A stretch of DNA of 64,000 bases, taken from Fimbriimonadales bacterium (lineage in GTDB: Bacteria; Armatimonadota; Fimbriimonadia; Fimbriimonadales; ATM1). This document shows positions 1 to 10,487 of the stretch, piece by piece. The stretch spans positions 96,001-160,000 of the forward strand of contig JBPCLO010000031.1 of NCBI GenBank assembly GCA_051003155.1, written 5' to 3'. The notes under the pieces are model-generated. The model ran no database searches and was not told the origin of the DNA. It was given only the letters and a program-made list of their open reading frames with translations. The position numbers and the translations under genes were made by a program. Each line of letters opens with the position of its first letter. Position 1 is the first letter of the stretch.

Positions 1-964
1 GAGCAATATTCACCGCATGCAGCAAGCCTTCAATGTCGCCCAGGAGATGGGCCGAATGGTAGCCGTGGCCGGCAGGCGCATGGAACAAACGATTTCGATC
101 GCAAACTCGCTCAAAATGATCCAGCTGCCCGAAGACACGTATATTCCGCTCGAAGGTTGTGATAAGTTCGATGATCGCGAGATCGTAATCTTGACGACCG
201 GGTCGCAAGGGGAGCCGCTTGCCGCCCTTAATCGAATGGCCAACGAGGAATACCCTCGCATGAAAATTAGGCCGGGCGATACGGTAGTTTATTCCGCGAG
301 ACCTATCCCTGGAAACGAGGCGGCAATTTGGCAAACTGTAAATCGTTTGTTCCGCCAGGGAGCCAAAGTCGTCTACGGGCGCGATGCGAAGGTGCACGTC
401 AGCGGCCACGCGTATGCCGAAGAACTAAAGATGATGATCAATTTGACGCGACCTCATTACATCGCGCCGGTTCATGGTGAGCCCCGGCATCAGGCCGCGT
501 ACTCTCGTCTTGCGCAGGAAATGGGTTACTCCGAGGAAAGCATCATCGTCTTGGACAACGGATCACAGCTGGTGGTCGAAAAGGACGGCGCCTACATGGC
601 CGACCGCGTGCCTTGTGGGCGCGTCTTGGTCGACAGCAGCGGCTATGCAGGCGTCACCGACGAACTACTTCGCGACAGGCGCAACCTCGCCAGCGATGGC
701 GTGGTATTCGTGAACGTTGCCATCGATTCCGATGCCGGCAAAATCGTTGGCTCTCCCGATCTAGTCACCAAGGGTGTGATGGCCCCGAACGGAGAAATCG
801 ACCGACTCAAGGAAGTTTTGGACGACTTACTCCGGAACCTTTCCCGGGCTGAGCTAAAGGACACCGCCGGCGTGCATCAGGATGTAAGCGACGTCACCAG
901 AAAGTTCTTGAAAAAGACGATGAACAAGCGGCCGCTGGTGGTGGCGTCGGTCGTGGACGTCTAG
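1..964 (+). CDS. rnj: Ribonuclease J, 5'-truncated by the window edge
   Basis: Frame open from the edge (SNIHRMQQ); TTGSQGEP, PIPGNE, HVSGHA and PVHGE motifs of RNase J. Confidence 0.95.
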   Translation, partial: SNIHRMQQAFNVAQEMGRMVAVAGRRMEQTISIANSLKMIQLPEDTYIPLEGCDKFDDREIVILTTGSQGEPLAALNRMANEEYPRMKIRPGDTVVYSARPIPGNEAAIWQTVNRLFRQGAKVVYGRDAKVHVSGHAYAEELKMMINLTRPHYIAPVHGEPRHQAAYSRLAQEMGYSEESIIVLDNGSQLVVEKDGAYMADRVPCGRVLVDSSGYAGVTDELLRDRRNLASDGVVFVNVAIDSDAGKIVGSPDLVTKGVMAPNGEIDRLKEVLDDLLRNLSRAELKDTAGVHQDVSDVTRKFLKKTMNKRPLVVASVVDV

Positions 965-2040
965 TCCGTAGCTTCTACCGGCGACGTCGCCGCAATTTCG
1001 CGCAACACTTGAATTGCGCCTAGAATCACGCTGAGCAAAACCGGGCCGACAAGCAACCCGACAGGGCCAATCGTAACAATTCCACCGAAAATCGCGAAAA
1101 ATACGGCCATCGGATGGAGCTTTACGCGGTGCCCGATAATGATGGGGCGGAAAATATTGTCGATTAGACCTATCACGCCAACACCAATAATCGCAAGTAT
1201 GATCGCCCGACCCCATGCCCCTTGGGAGAGCAAAAGTAGGCAGGCGGGAATCCACACGATGGGCGCGCCCGCGAACGGAATCGTGCAGAGGACAATCGTC
1301 GCCATGCCCCAAACCAGGGGTGCCGGCAAGCCGAGCAACCAAAACGTTATTCCGAGCACCGTGCCCTGCATCAGCGCGACGAGCACGATGCCGTAGAACG
1401 TTGCGTGCACCGTGTCGTAAATGGTCGTGAGAATGGCTGCACTTTTGTGGGGCGGCAGAGGGATAAGGTCGGTAGCAGGAGCTCGCAAACGATGTCCGTC
1501 TCGAAGCAGGAAGAACAACAAGAGTAGCGCAAAGACGAACGTCAGCACGCCATGCAGCAGTTTGGTGGCGATCATTGGCGCCGACCCCAACAATGTTCGG
1601 GTTAGCTGCTCAAGCGACTTGCGCAACTCGAAATCTTTGATGCCCAGGTCCAACAAATAGGGCTGAATGGCCGAATCGATATCGTCGATCGCCTTGTTTA
1701 CACTGAGCACTTCCCCACCGGAGGCCGCTTCTTGCGTAATTTGGGCGCGAACGTGATTTATTTCGCCGAAAATTGCCAGTCCGATTAGTAGCAGCGGGAG
1801 AACAATGAACAAAAGTGTCAAAATCGTCGTAATCGCTGCCGATATTTGGTCCCCGAGGCGACTGTTAATTCTCTTGTGGATCGGATGGACAAGAATAGCC
1901 AGCGCAACGCCCCAGGCAATCGAATGCCAAAACGGAATGATTAGCGTTAGCGCAACAATCGCCAGAAGGACGCAAGCCACGGCGAAGCCGACCCGCCGAT
2001 ACTTGGCCACTGTGAACATGCCGGTATCGAGTTCTTCCAT
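961..2040 (-). CDS. AI-2E (PerM) family transporter
   Basis: 359 aa multi-TM protein; IPFAGAPIVW, IDNIFRPIIIG and GLLVGP motifs. Confidence 0.9.
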   Translation of the reverse strand: MEELDTGMFTVAKYRRVGFAVACVLLAIVALTLIIPFWHSIAWGVALAILVHPIHKRINSRLGDQISAAITTILTLLFIVLPLLLIGLAIFGEINHVRAQITQEAASGGEVLSVNKAIDDIDSAIQPYLLDLGIKDFELRKSLEQLTRTLLGSAPMIATKLLHGVLTFVFALLLLFFLLRDGHRLRAPATDLIPLPPHKSAAILTTIYDTVHATFYGIVLVALMQGTVLGITFWLLGLPAPLVWGMATIVLCTIPFAGAPIVWIPACLLLLSQGAWGRAIILAIIGVGVIGLIDNIFRPIIIGHRVKLHPMAVFFAIFGGIVTIGPVGLLVGPVLLSVILGAIQVLREIAATSPVEATD

Positions 2041-3045
2041 TTACCAGCGAATAATATTCGCGCCCCACACAAGGCCTGCCCCGAAACCGACCGTCATCAC
2101 GACACTGCCCTTCTTCAGCCGCCCCTCTTGTTCCGCTTCGTATAGCGCGACCGGAATGCTTCCGGCGCTCATGTTGCCGTACTTCTGCACGTTGACGTAA
2201 ACCTTCTCGGGCGGCAACCCGAGCCGTTCGGACGCTGCGGATATGATGCGAAGGTTTGCCTGGTGCGGCACAAATAGATCGATTTCGTCCGCGGTCATCC
2301 CGGCTTTTGCCAAGACGGAACAACAGCTGTCGGTCATGGCCTTAACCGCAAATCGATAGACCTCCTGGCCAGCCATGAAAAGGTACGGGCTCAATTCGCT
2401 TTCAGCGATTTTGCTCGCCGGACTCAAGGACCCGCCGACCTTCATATGAATGTGCCGAGCGCCAGAACCGTCGGACTTGATAACCGTCGCGATGAGCCCA
2501 CGATCCTCTGCGCCGGCTTCCATATAGATGGCGCCTCCGCCGTCGCCGAACAAAATGCACGTCGATCTGTCCGTCCAGTCCACGAGCTTGGTCAGTACAT
2601 CGACTCCGACGATTACGGCATTGTTAATGCTGCCCGCACGGATCATCGAGGCCGCAATTTCCGTGGCGTATATAAAACCCGCGCATGCAGCGCCAACATC
2701 GAAAGCTGCAGCGTTATTCGCGCCCAATGCTTCTTGAACGAGGCAGGAAGTGGCCGGAAATACCTGGTCGCCCGTGACGGTTGCGACGATGATGGCCTCG
2801 ACCGTCTCGGGAGAGACCCCGGCTCGACTGAGTGCCTCCTTGGCCGCGTGCGTTGCGAAATACGAGGCGCCTTGGCCGGGCTCTGAGATCCTCCTCTCCT
2901 TAATACCGGTGCGACTGGTTATCCACTGGTCATTGGTGTCGACAAGCTTCTCCAGGTCGGCATTGCTCAGAATTCGCTCCGCAACGCTCATGCCGATCGA
3001 ACGGACAATGGCATTTCTCTTAGACACTGATGGCCTCTCCTTCAT
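2041..3045 (-). CDS. fabH: 3-oxoacyl-ACP synthase III
   Basis: WITSRTGIKERR, AACAGF, PHQAN and YGNMSAGS catalytic motifs; start uncertain (3045 or 3060). Confidence 0.95.
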   Translation of the reverse strand: MKERPSVSKRNAIVRSIGMSVAERILSNADLEKLVDTNDQWITSRTGIKERRISEPGQGASYFATHAAKEALSRAGVSPETVEAIIVATVTGDQVFPATSCLVQEALGANNAAAFDVGAACAGFIYATEIAASMIRAGSINNAVIVGVDVLTKLVDWTDRSTCILFGDGGGAIYMEAGAEDRGLIATVIKSDGSGARHIHMKVGGSLSPASKIAESELSPYLFMAGQEVYRFAVKAMTDSCCSVLAKAGMTADEIDLFVPHQANLRIISAASERLGLPPEKVYVNVQKYGNMSAGSIPVALYEAEQEGRLKKGSVVMTVGFGAGLVWGANIIRW

Positions 3046-4027
3046 TTTTTTTCCCCGCACGATCCGCGATCATCTGAATGAGGTGCCGCTCATGGCCTTT
3101 CTGCGCAAGCATCAAAGCGTTCTTAATTGCCTTCGAATTGCTATGCCCGTGACAAATAAAGCAAATCCCGTCTACTCCCAATAACGGCGCTCCGCCATAC
3201 TCGGAGTAGTCCATCCGTTTTTTCATCCGGTTGATACCGCCTTTCAATAAAATCAGGGGCATACGCATGATCGGATTCTTGGGCATAGAATCCTTGAACA
3301 TCTCTATAACAAAATCACCCAGCCCCTGGGCGGTTTTCAATATCACGTTGCCCACGAAAGCATCGCAAACTACGACGTCGACCCTCCCATCGAAAACGTG
3401 CTTGCCCTCAATATTTCCGACAAAATTCGGTACATGCTTCTTCAGCAGTTTGTACGCTGCCTTCGTGAGCGAGTTGCCCTTCGTTTCCTCCTCGCCAATA
3501 TTCAAAAGCGCGATTTTTGGTTCCTTCACACCGAGCACCGCTTCGGCATACGCGCCCCCCATGATAGCGAACTCGAGTAGGTTGTCCGCGTCAGCATCGG
3601 GAGTTGCGCCGCTGTCGAGCAGGACAAACCTGCCGGTTCGAGAGGGAATAACGGTGGCGATGGCTGGCCGCGAAATGTTCGGAACTGTGCGCCAGAGCAA
3701 ATGAGCAGCCGCAGTCACCGCCCCCGTGTTCCCGGCCGAGATGAAGGCGTCGGCTTCGCCGCGTTTGACCATCTCCGCGCCGACGACGAGCGAAGAACTC
3801 CTTTTCCTGCGAACCGCGCTCGCAGGCTCTTCGTGCATCTCGATCACTTCTGAAGTGGCATGGACCTTGATTTGCTCCGGAAGCTTTGCCGGATGGGCCT
3901 CCTTGATCGCATCGGGATCGCCGACGAGGATGATTTGCCCGTGCATGTCGTGAGCGGCGGCCACCGCGCCCAGCACGATCTCCTTGGGGGCATAGTCGCC
4001 GCCCATCGCGTCGAGTGCGATCCTCAA
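3020..4027 (-). CDS. plsX: Phosphate acyltransferase PlsX
   Basis: RIALDAMGGD, SAGNTGA, RPAI, LLNIGEEETKG and GGAPLLG; TTG start at 4027 overlaps the upstream stop (TTGA). Confidence 0.95.
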   Translation of the reverse strand: MRIALDAMGGDYAPKEIVLGAVAAAHDMHGQIILVGDPDAIKEAHPAKLPEQIKVHATSEVIEMHEEPASAVRRKRSSSLVVGAEMVKRGEADAFISAGNTGAVTAAAHLLWRTVPNISRPAIATVIPSRTGRFVLLDSGATPDADADNLLEFAIMGGAYAEAVLGVKEPKIALLNIGEEETKGNSLTKAAYKLLKKHVPNFVGNIEGKHVFDGRVDVVVCDAFVGNVILKTAQGLGDFVIEMFKDSMPKNPIMRMPLILLKGGINRMKKRMDYSEYGGAPLLGVDGICFICHGHSNSKAIKNALMLAQKGHERHLIQMIADRAGKKNEGEAISV

Positions 4028-4548
4028 CGCCCGGACTCCTCTTCGTCGCCCAGCAACTTGCTGAGCGCCTCGAACTCGGGCCGGCCGTGTTCGCCTTCTC
4101 GGTTGCCATCCTCGAGACCCGGGCAGTTCTCGCGGCACAACGGCCTTAGCGGCAGGTTCAGCCAGATTGCCTGGCGGATCAAGTCTTCATATCTCAGTTG
4201 GTTGCCGTCGAACAAGGGGAACGGTTCGGCCTCTTCTTTGACCTCCGCATGCTCGCGGTTGCCGTACCCCGAAGGCGTGCCTTCCACCGAAAACTCCTCG
4301 CTGATGTTGATCGGCACCGACAAATGAACGGGAGTGAGGCACCGGGAGCACTCCATGACAACCCTTGCCGTCAGATCCCCCTTTACTAACAGCCGGTTGC
4401 CAGTGCTAACGGCGTCGAGCGTACCCTCGATAGGCTCCAGGAGGTCGAGATCTTCTTCTTCCTCCAGGCCCGACGAAATATCGTAAACGACGTGCCGTCC
4501 CGGGTGCTGGATCGCGTCGTTCAGGTCGATCAGTTTCGGCTTTCTCAT
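4024..4548 (-). CDS. yceD: YceD/DUF177 family protein
   Basis: CSRC and PLCRENCPGL motifs; conserved position upstream of plsX; ATG at 4548. Confidence 0.88.
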   Translation of the reverse strand: MRKPKLIDLNDAIQHPGRHVVYDISSGLEEEEDLDLLEPIEGTLDAVSTGNRLLVKGDLTARVVMECSRCLTPVHLSVPINISEEFSVEGTPSGYGNREHAEVKEEAEPFPLFDGNQLRYEDLIRQAIWLNLPLRPLCRENCPGLEDGNREGEHGRPEFEALSKLLGDEEESGR

Positions 4549-4591
4549 CGGAGAAGACGGTATACACGCGAAGTCTACCAGCCTGCTTGCC

Positions 4592-5128
4592 CTACTTAGA
4601 CCTACCGGGCATTGCCGGCTGAGTCGGCCTCTGCATCTCCGACTTGCCCCTTTCGATGGTCGCCATGACCTTGCCGACGACACTTTCTAGGCGGAAAAGC
4701 ACGTCCAGGGCGTAGTCGTCCGCGCCGCGCTTTAGCCTCACGGCTTCGGCTTCGGCCTCGGCCCTCGCGTTCGCAGCGTGGGTCTTTGCCAGCTTAAGGA
4801 TTTCGCTTTCGTGAATCAGCTTTTCCCTCTCAGATTGAGCCTTTTCGACTATCCGGGCCGCTTCTTTGCGGGCCTCGCCGATCAGCTTCTCGCCTTCGGC
4901 GCGCGCGCGCTCGACCGCCGCGGATGCGTCCTCTTTAGCAGAGCCGACGATGCGCTCCGATTCCCGGGTGATCGCCGTCGCTTGCTTCACCTGCTCCGGA
5001 AGGAGCGTCTGAATGCGCCTTAAAAGCACAGCGCACTCGCCCTTGTTCAAGCCGAAAGTTATCCCCATAAACTGACGGGGCTCTTCGATGTACTTTCTCA
5101 AGTCATCAAGCGCGTTCACAATTTCCAT
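4592..5128 (-). CDS. Coiled-coil protein (ATP synthase subunit b-like/DivIVA-SepIVA-like) of the coaD-yceD interval
   Basis: A/E/K-rich heptads, LPEQVKQA and GADDYA motifs; typical synteny. Confidence 0.7.
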   Translation of the reverse strand: MEIVNALDDLRKYIEEPRQFMGITFGLNKGECAVLLRRIQTLLPEQVKQATAITRESERIVGSAKEDASAAVERARAEGEKLIGEARKEAARIVEKAQSEREKLIHESEILKLAKTHAANARAEAEAEAVRLKRGADDYALDVLFRLESVVGKVMATIERGKSEMQRPTQPAMPGRSK

Positions 5129-5132
5129 AGAT

Positions 5133-5612
5133 TCACCTCTTTGCGACTACCGCAAGCCTCTTTTCGACCGGGGCGGGAACGAGATCGCGTATGTCTCCCC
5201 CGAGGGCCGCGACCTCCTTTACAATACTGGACGAAACAAACATGTTTTCTGCGCTTGTCATTAGAAAGACCGTCTCCAGATTCGGAGCAAGCTTCCGGTT
5301 GGTCAGCGCCATCTGAAACTCGTTCTCGAAATCGCTCATGGCTCGCAGGCCTCTCACCAGTACGCTGGCGTTCGAGTTGTGTGCAAATTCGACCAATAAA
5401 CCTGCAAAAGACTCAATCGAAACATTGTCTAGCCCAATGCAGATTGCTTCGAGCATCTCCAGCCTGTCTTCCACAGAGAACAGCAAGTTCTTGGACGAAT
5501 TCCGGCCCACGGCGACGACGAGCCGGTCGAACAGCTTGGACGCGCGAGAGATGATGTCCACGTGCCCGTTCGTCGGCGGATCGAAACTCCCAGGATATAC
5601 GGCGACTCTCAT
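5133..5612 (-). CDS. coaD: Pantetheine-phosphate adenylyltransferase
   Basis: AVYPGSFDPPTNGH, RGLRAMSDFENE and VSSSIVKE; ATG overlaps the acs stop (TAATG). Confidence 0.96.
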   Translation of the reverse strand: MRVAVYPGSFDPPTNGHVDIISRASKLFDRLVVAVGRNSSKNLLFSVEDRLEMLEAICIGLDNVSIESFAGLLVEFAHNSNASVLVRGLRAMSDFENEFQMALTNRKLAPNLETVFLMTSAENMFVSSSIVKEVAALGGDIRDLVPAPVEKRLAVVAKR

Positions 5613-7561
5613 TACGATTCCAGGTGCTCGTACTGATCCCTGAGCCCCGCGATCACGGCGGAATCCGCGAGCGTACTTGTGTCCCCCAAAGCGCGCCCTT
5701 CGGCGACATCGCGTAGTAGTCGTCTCATGATCTTGCCGCTGCGCGTCTTCGGCAGGTCGGCGCACAGAAAAATATCGTCAGGTCGCGCGATTGCTCCAAT
5801 CACCTTCACCACGTGCTCTTTTAGAAGGGTGGCGAGCCCGTCCGCATCGTGGCCGCTCCGAATGATTACAAACGCGCTGATCCCTTGACCCTTTAACTCA
5901 TCCGTGCGGCCAATGACCGCCGCTTCGGCAACCGCCGGGTGATCGACGAGCGCGCTTTCGACCTCCATCGTGCTCAGCCGGTGGCCGGCGACGTTCATCA
6001 CGTCATCCACACGTCCGAGCAGCCACAAGTACCCATCCTCGTCGCGCTTTACCCCGTCGCCGGTGAAGTAAACACCTGGGAATCGCTCCCAATACTGGGC
6101 GACGTAGCGTTCGGGGTCGTCGAATATTCCCCGGAGCATCGCCGGCCACGGCCGGGTTAAGACCAAATACCCTCCCCCTTCGCCGACGACCGCGGACCCG
6201 TCCTCCCTGAGTATTTCGGCCTTGATTCCCGGGAACGTCCGCGTCGCCGAGCCAGGTTTGCAAACCGTGATGCCCGGCATCGGCGAGATCAGTATCTGGC
6301 CGGTCTCCGTCTGCCACCAAGTGTCGACCACCGGACAGCGCTCACACCCGATGTTCTTCCAATACCAAACCCAAGCCTCGGGGTTGATGGGCTCGCCGAC
6401 GCTCCCCAGCAGCCTCAAGGACGAGAGGTCGCATCGCGCGGGATACTCATCGCCCCACTTCATGAATGCGCGAATCGCCGTCGGCGCCGTGTACAAGACC
6501 GTGACCTTGTGTTTCTCGACAAGGCGCCAAAAGCGGTCTTTGTCCGGCGTATCCGGAGCGCCTTCATACATCAGAACGGTCGCGCCGTTCGCCAGCGGTC
6601 CGTAGACCACATAGCTGTGCCCCGTGACCCAGCCGCAGTCGGCCGTGCACCAGAAGACATCGTCCTCCTTGTGGTCGAAAATCCACTTGAACGTGGCTGC
6701 CGTGCCCGTCAAGTACCCGCCTGTTGTGTGCACGATACCCTTCGGCTTGCCAGTCGAGCCGCTCGTGTAGAGCGTATAGAGCAGGTCCTCGCTGTCCATT
6801 GGCTCGCATGGGCATTGCGTACTCTGTCGGGCAACGATGTCATGCCACCAAACGTCGCGGCCCTCGACCCACTTGCCTTGGTCGAAGTCGCCTTCACCGA
6901 TGCGCCTTAGCACTAGGCAGCTTTTCACCGACGGGCAGTGCTCCAAAGCCTCGTCGACCGTTCTCTTGAGCTCTATGATCCTGCCGCGCCGCCAGCCGCC
7001 GTCGGCTGTGATCACCGCAACCGCCTTGGCGTCGTTGATTCTCTCGTGCAGAGCCTCCGCCGAGAATCCTCCGAAGACCACGCTGTGAGCCGCGCCGATG
7101 CGGGTGCAGGCGAGCATCGCGATCGCGATCTCCGGAACCATCGGCATATAGATGCAAACGATGTCGCCCTTCCTAACGCCGAGGTCTTTCAAGGCGTTGG
7201 CGGTCTCGGAGACGTCGTCCTTCAGCTTCGCATAGGAGATCGTCCGCGTTTCGCCGGGCTCTCCTTCCCAGATGATCGCGGTCTTCTGCCCGTTCGATGC
7301 GGCATGCCGATCCACGCAGTTGTAGCAGGCGTTAAGCTTGCCGCTCAGGAACCACTTTGCGTGCGGCGGCTTCCAATCGAGTACCGTGTGCCACCTTTCG
7401 AACCAGTCGAGCTTGTCGGCCCAGCCTGCCCAGAAAGCCTCGTAATCCGCGTCGGCCTGCTCGTAGACGCCTGGGTCATCGACAACGGCGTGCGCCACAA
7501 ACTCTGCAGAGGGCGCAAAGAGGCGTCCTTCTTGTAGCAAGGAGGAGATGGTGTCAGACAC
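5612..7561 (-). CDS. acs: Acetyl-CoA synthetase
   Basis: 649 aa; [20 protein letters not shown] and [12 protein letters not shown]. Confidence 0.97.
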   Translation of the reverse strand: MSDTISSLLQEGRLFAPSAEFVAHAVVDDPGVYEQADADYEAFWAGWADKLDWFERWHTVLDWKPPHAKWFLSGKLNACYNCVDRHAASNGQKTAIIWEGEPGETRTISYAKLKDDVSETANALKDLGVRKGDIVCIYMPMVPEIAIAMLACTRIGAAHSVVFGGFSAEALHERINDAKAVAVITADGGWRRGRIIELKRTVDEALEHCPSVKSCLVLRRIGEGDFDQGKWVEGRDVWWHDIVARQSTQCPCEPMDSEDLLYTLYTSGSTGKPKGIVHTTGGYLTGTAATFKWIFDHKEDDVFWCTADCGWVTGHSYVVYGPLANGATVLMYEGAPDTPDKDRFWRLVEKHKVTVLYTAPTAIRAFMKWGDEYPARCDLSSLRLLGSVGEPINPEAWVWYWKNIGCERCPVVDTWWQTETGQILISPMPGITVCKPGSATRTFPGIKAEILREDGSAVVGEGGGYLVLTRPWPAMLRGIFDDPERYVAQYWERFPGVYFTGDGVKRDEDGYLWLLGRVDDVMNVAGHRLSTMEVESALVDHPAVAEAAVIGRTDELKGQGISAFVIIRSGHDADGLATLLKEHVVKVIGAIARPDDIFLCADLPKTRSGKIMRRLLRDVAEGRALGDTSTLADSAVIAGLRDQYEHLES

Positions 7562-7696
7562 GGTCTCCTATTGTGGCCCGAAGGGCAAGGTTTTTGAGCC
7601 TTACCGCACGATGTTCTGCATGTCGGCGAGCGGGATGTACGTGCTCCCTGTGACTTTTAGCACGGGGGCGCCGAGATTGCGCCAGTTAGAGCCCAA

Positions 7697-8554
7697 TTAC
7701 TCAACGATGTCCCACTTATACGCGGAAAGGTCATACGCGCTACCGCCACTGTTTTGCAGCACTTCACAACCAGCTGCCAATTGTCGCAACGTCATCGACT
7801 TCGCCAGTCCGTCCAAGGTGACCAAAACAAAAAAACCGCCGTGCCAATTCCAGCACCCTCCGTGCACGTTCCACGCGTTGGGCGTATCGGGGTTCCAGCC
7901 CCCGAACCAATAGTAGGAACTCGTGCCCTCAGGAAATGGTCGAAGTTCATTCCCGTTTGCGTCCTTGAAACAAGGAGCGTCGACACCGTAATTCCCACCA
8001 CCCGTTGGATTACCCCAAGGATCCCTATTCCAAATTGAATCCACGAACAGAATTGTGTTGGACGGATCCGCAACCTGAGAAAACAGGATCGGCGCCGAGA
8101 ATGTCTCTCCGCCCACGATAACCATAGGGGCAAGCATCTGAACGTTGTATCCGCGATGAGCTTTTATCGACGATGTTATCGGGTCGAATCGCTTCCGCAT
8201 AGTTCCGCCAGTACAGGCGTCTATCCTTAGCGCCGCTACGGCGTCGGGATCGTCGGGGCAGCGATAGTTCATCCAGTTGCCATGATAAGGCAAGAGGAGC
8301 ATTGCCAGGTACACGGAGTCCTCACAGGAGGTAGATAGATCGGACATAATCGGTGGGAGCCTGTCGCCATTGTCTTGGGTATAAAGCATTGCCGCTTGTG
8401 CCACCGCCTCGTTCCGCGACATGCACAAAGAGCCGCCAGCCGCGGCGCTGCGCAGGATCGGCGTGACCACGGCCGTCATTGCGCCTACGATTAGGATGAG
8501 CCACACGAGCGATGATTGTGCAAAACGGTTGTTATTCATTGGTTCTGCCTCCAA
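7697..8554 (-). CDS. Prepilin-like/DUF1559-like protein with C-terminal H-X9-DG motif
   Basis: N-terminal TM, YTQDNGDRLP, RCPDDP, GYN and HGGFFVLVTLDG; start may be 8539 (GGAGG upstream). Confidence 0.75.
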   Translation of the reverse strand: MEAEPMNNNRFAQSSLVWLILIVGAMTAVVTPILRSAAAGGSLCMSRNEAVAQAAMLYTQDNGDRLPPIMSDLSTSCEDSVYLAMLLLPYHGNWMNYRCPDDPDAVAALRIDACTGGTMRKRFDPITSSIKAHRGYNVQMLAPMVIVGGETFSAPILFSQVADPSNTILFVDSIWNRDPWGNPTGGGNYGVDAPCFKDANGNELRPFPEGTSSYYWFGGWNPDTPNAWNVHGGCWNWHGGFFVLVTLDGLAKSMTLRQLAAGCEVLQNSGGSAYDLSAYKWDIVE

Positions 8555-8845
8555 CTGATCATTGCATTAACACTTGAAGCGGGCGCGCCGACGGCGTCGA
8601 TGAGGAGAGGCGGCCACTAATAGCGTTAGCGAGCAACATCATGAACACATGGATCGGCTCCATGAGTTTAGGCGATTTGATCCGGCGATGTTCAACATCG
8701 AAACAGGCGGCATTCCCTCCTTCATCAGTTCACCAAGCTGCGCGAAGCCGCACTCGGAGCCGATCCCGAAGCGGAAAAGAATTGTCAACACGTTTAAGGT
8801 TTGCCGAGTTACAGGCCCGCTCAGTTCCCTAACAGACAACCAGTG

Positions 8846-9667
8846 CTAGATCGCATTTTCTAAGCCATCGAATGGGGCGTACCAGCGGCCATCTGCTCGG
8901 ACCGTGAAACCGTCAAGGTCGACCCAATTCGAGCCCACTTTGATCTTCGCCGAAGCTACCGCCAACACGAAGTTTCGCCCCCCGTGCGAGAACGAGCCGG
9001 TTCCATGGGGTCGATTTGCAAACAAAGCGATGTTCCGTGCGGAGCACCAATCCCGAAGAGGCACATATCGTCTGCCCTGCGAATCGCGCTTGACGCCCGT
9101 GATAACCTGCCCGTTCACAACCACGTTCGCGGATGGCGCCAAGTCCGCGCCCACCGCGTTCGCGAGAATGTCCCGACAGAACCCCTCGACCGCCGCCCGG
9201 TCACCCGGCTTGTCCGAACCCGACCAGGTGATGTTGCCAGGCGACCCGGAGCCGCGGTACGACATGACGGCGCCAAGGATGTAATCGCCGATGAACATGT
9301 AGAGATGGGCGCTTCCGGAGGTGCGCGAGTAAACGCTATGGGACTTGTCTCCGGCCGGCAGCCTCGACCATCCGCCGGTCGGCCAGCCATCCAACGTGCC
9401 AAAGGCCATCATACTGTTGATGTTGTCGATCATGCGTTGCCTGGCGCCGGGTCGCTTGCACCGATCGACTTCGACGGATAGCCGAATGCGCTGGGAGCGG
9501 TTACGGAACGAGCCGTATAGGCTATCCCAGTCCGGGCTGGACGTATCCCTGACCGGCAACGCAACCTCGAACCCGCGCCCTGCGATGAGGCCAGCGTCAA
9601 AAATACCAGGGTCTAAAGGTGGCATCGTCGCCAGGCTTAGTGAGCAAAGGAATACGGTGGCAATCAT
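8846..9667 (-). CDS. Secreted hypothetical protein with C-terminal copper-amine-oxidase N-terminal (stalk)-like domain
   Basis: Signal peptide; GRRYVPLRD and GRWYAPF repeats; AAGGAG RBS. Confidence 0.65.
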   Translation of the reverse strand: MIATVFLCSLSLATMPPLDPGIFDAGLIAGRGFEVALPVRDTSSPDWDSLYGSFRNRSQRIRLSVEVDRCKRPGARQRMIDNINSMMAFGTLDGWPTGGWSRLPAGDKSHSVYSRTSGSAHLYMFIGDYILGAVMSYRGSGSPGNITWSGSDKPGDRAAVEGFCRDILANAVGADLAPSANVVVNGQVITGVKRDSQGRRYVPLRDWCSARNIALFANRPHGTGSFSHGGRNFVLAVASAKIKVGSNWVDLDGFTVRADGRWYAPFDGLENAI

Positions 9668-9683
9668 ATTTCTTGTCTCCTTT

Positions 9684-10487
9684 TCAAATTACTCCGGCCA
9701 ATGAGAAAGGTCCGCCCTCTGACCTAGGCACGACTTCATGAGGCAAGTCGGGGTCTATGAATTGTTGCGGGTTCTCCTCTGTCCCGAAATCGTCGTTCTG
9801 ATGGCCATAACGGCGGACTACTCCATACTGCGGTTGGCCGCTTGGGGCTTGCCAATGATCGTTAGGCGACCAACCGGCGGGCGGGTTCTCGTAGGGGCTC
9901 CCGCCCGGATCGTGTTCAAGACCAAGGGAGGCATCGTAAGTCGCTCCATGAACACGGCAAACCTGATGCATTGTGAAACCTACGAAGGAATACCCCGACG
10001 GCGGGTTGTCGGGGTCGCTGCCGATCGGGCAAATGAGATTCGTCATAAATACCGACGGCACGGGGTTCGCGTATAACCGCACCATTGGCGAATAAACGCC
10101 AATGGCGCTGAGAGAAAGATGCAGGTAGCCCGAGACGTCGACGCAGTTCCCGCTGCGATGGCCAATCTCGTCGAGAAAGTCAGATAGCAGAAATCTGCCG
10201 TACCTGTCTACCCATAAGGTAGGAACCCCCCAGGTTCCCAGGTTGTACGCGAATAAATGGGAGAAGTACAGCCCGAACGTCGAATCGTAAGCGCAAGCTG
10301 TGGCGCCGGCCTCGCCATCGGCCCAGTTGCACGAAGCATTCAGTACCTCGATCCAGGGCACCCCCAACGGGGCGAGGGGCTGCGCGTCCGTAAAGTAAGT
10401 GTATTCCTCGTTTGTCGGCTCGGTTGAAACCAACCCGCCCGCCTCGGAATCGATATTAATCTTGGTTTTCAGCCAGCCCAGCGTCAC
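9684..10487 (-). CDS. Transglutaminase-like hypothetical protein, probably the 3' part of a frameshifted gene
   Basis: GNCVD, FTMHQV and TYDASL give a C-H-D triad. Confidence 0.55.
   Translation of the reverse strand: MTLGWLKTKINIDSEAGGLVSTEPTNEEYTYFTDAQPLAPLGVPWIEVLNASCNWADGEAGATACAYDSTFGLYFSHLFAYNLGTWGVPTLWVDRYGRFLLSDFLDEIGHRSGNCVDVSGYLHLSLSAIGVYSPMVRLYANPVPSVFMTNLICPIGSDPDNPPSGYSFVGFTMHQVCRVHGATYDASLGLEHDPGGSPYENPPAGWSPNDHWQAPSGQPQYGVVRRYGHQNDDFGTEENPQQFIDPDLPHEVVPRSEGGPFSLAGVI

Noticed and set aside
8698..8730. CUGAUGA on the minus strand suggesting a hammerhead ribozyme
   Set aside because: The stem is followed by GUUUC rather than the required GAAA
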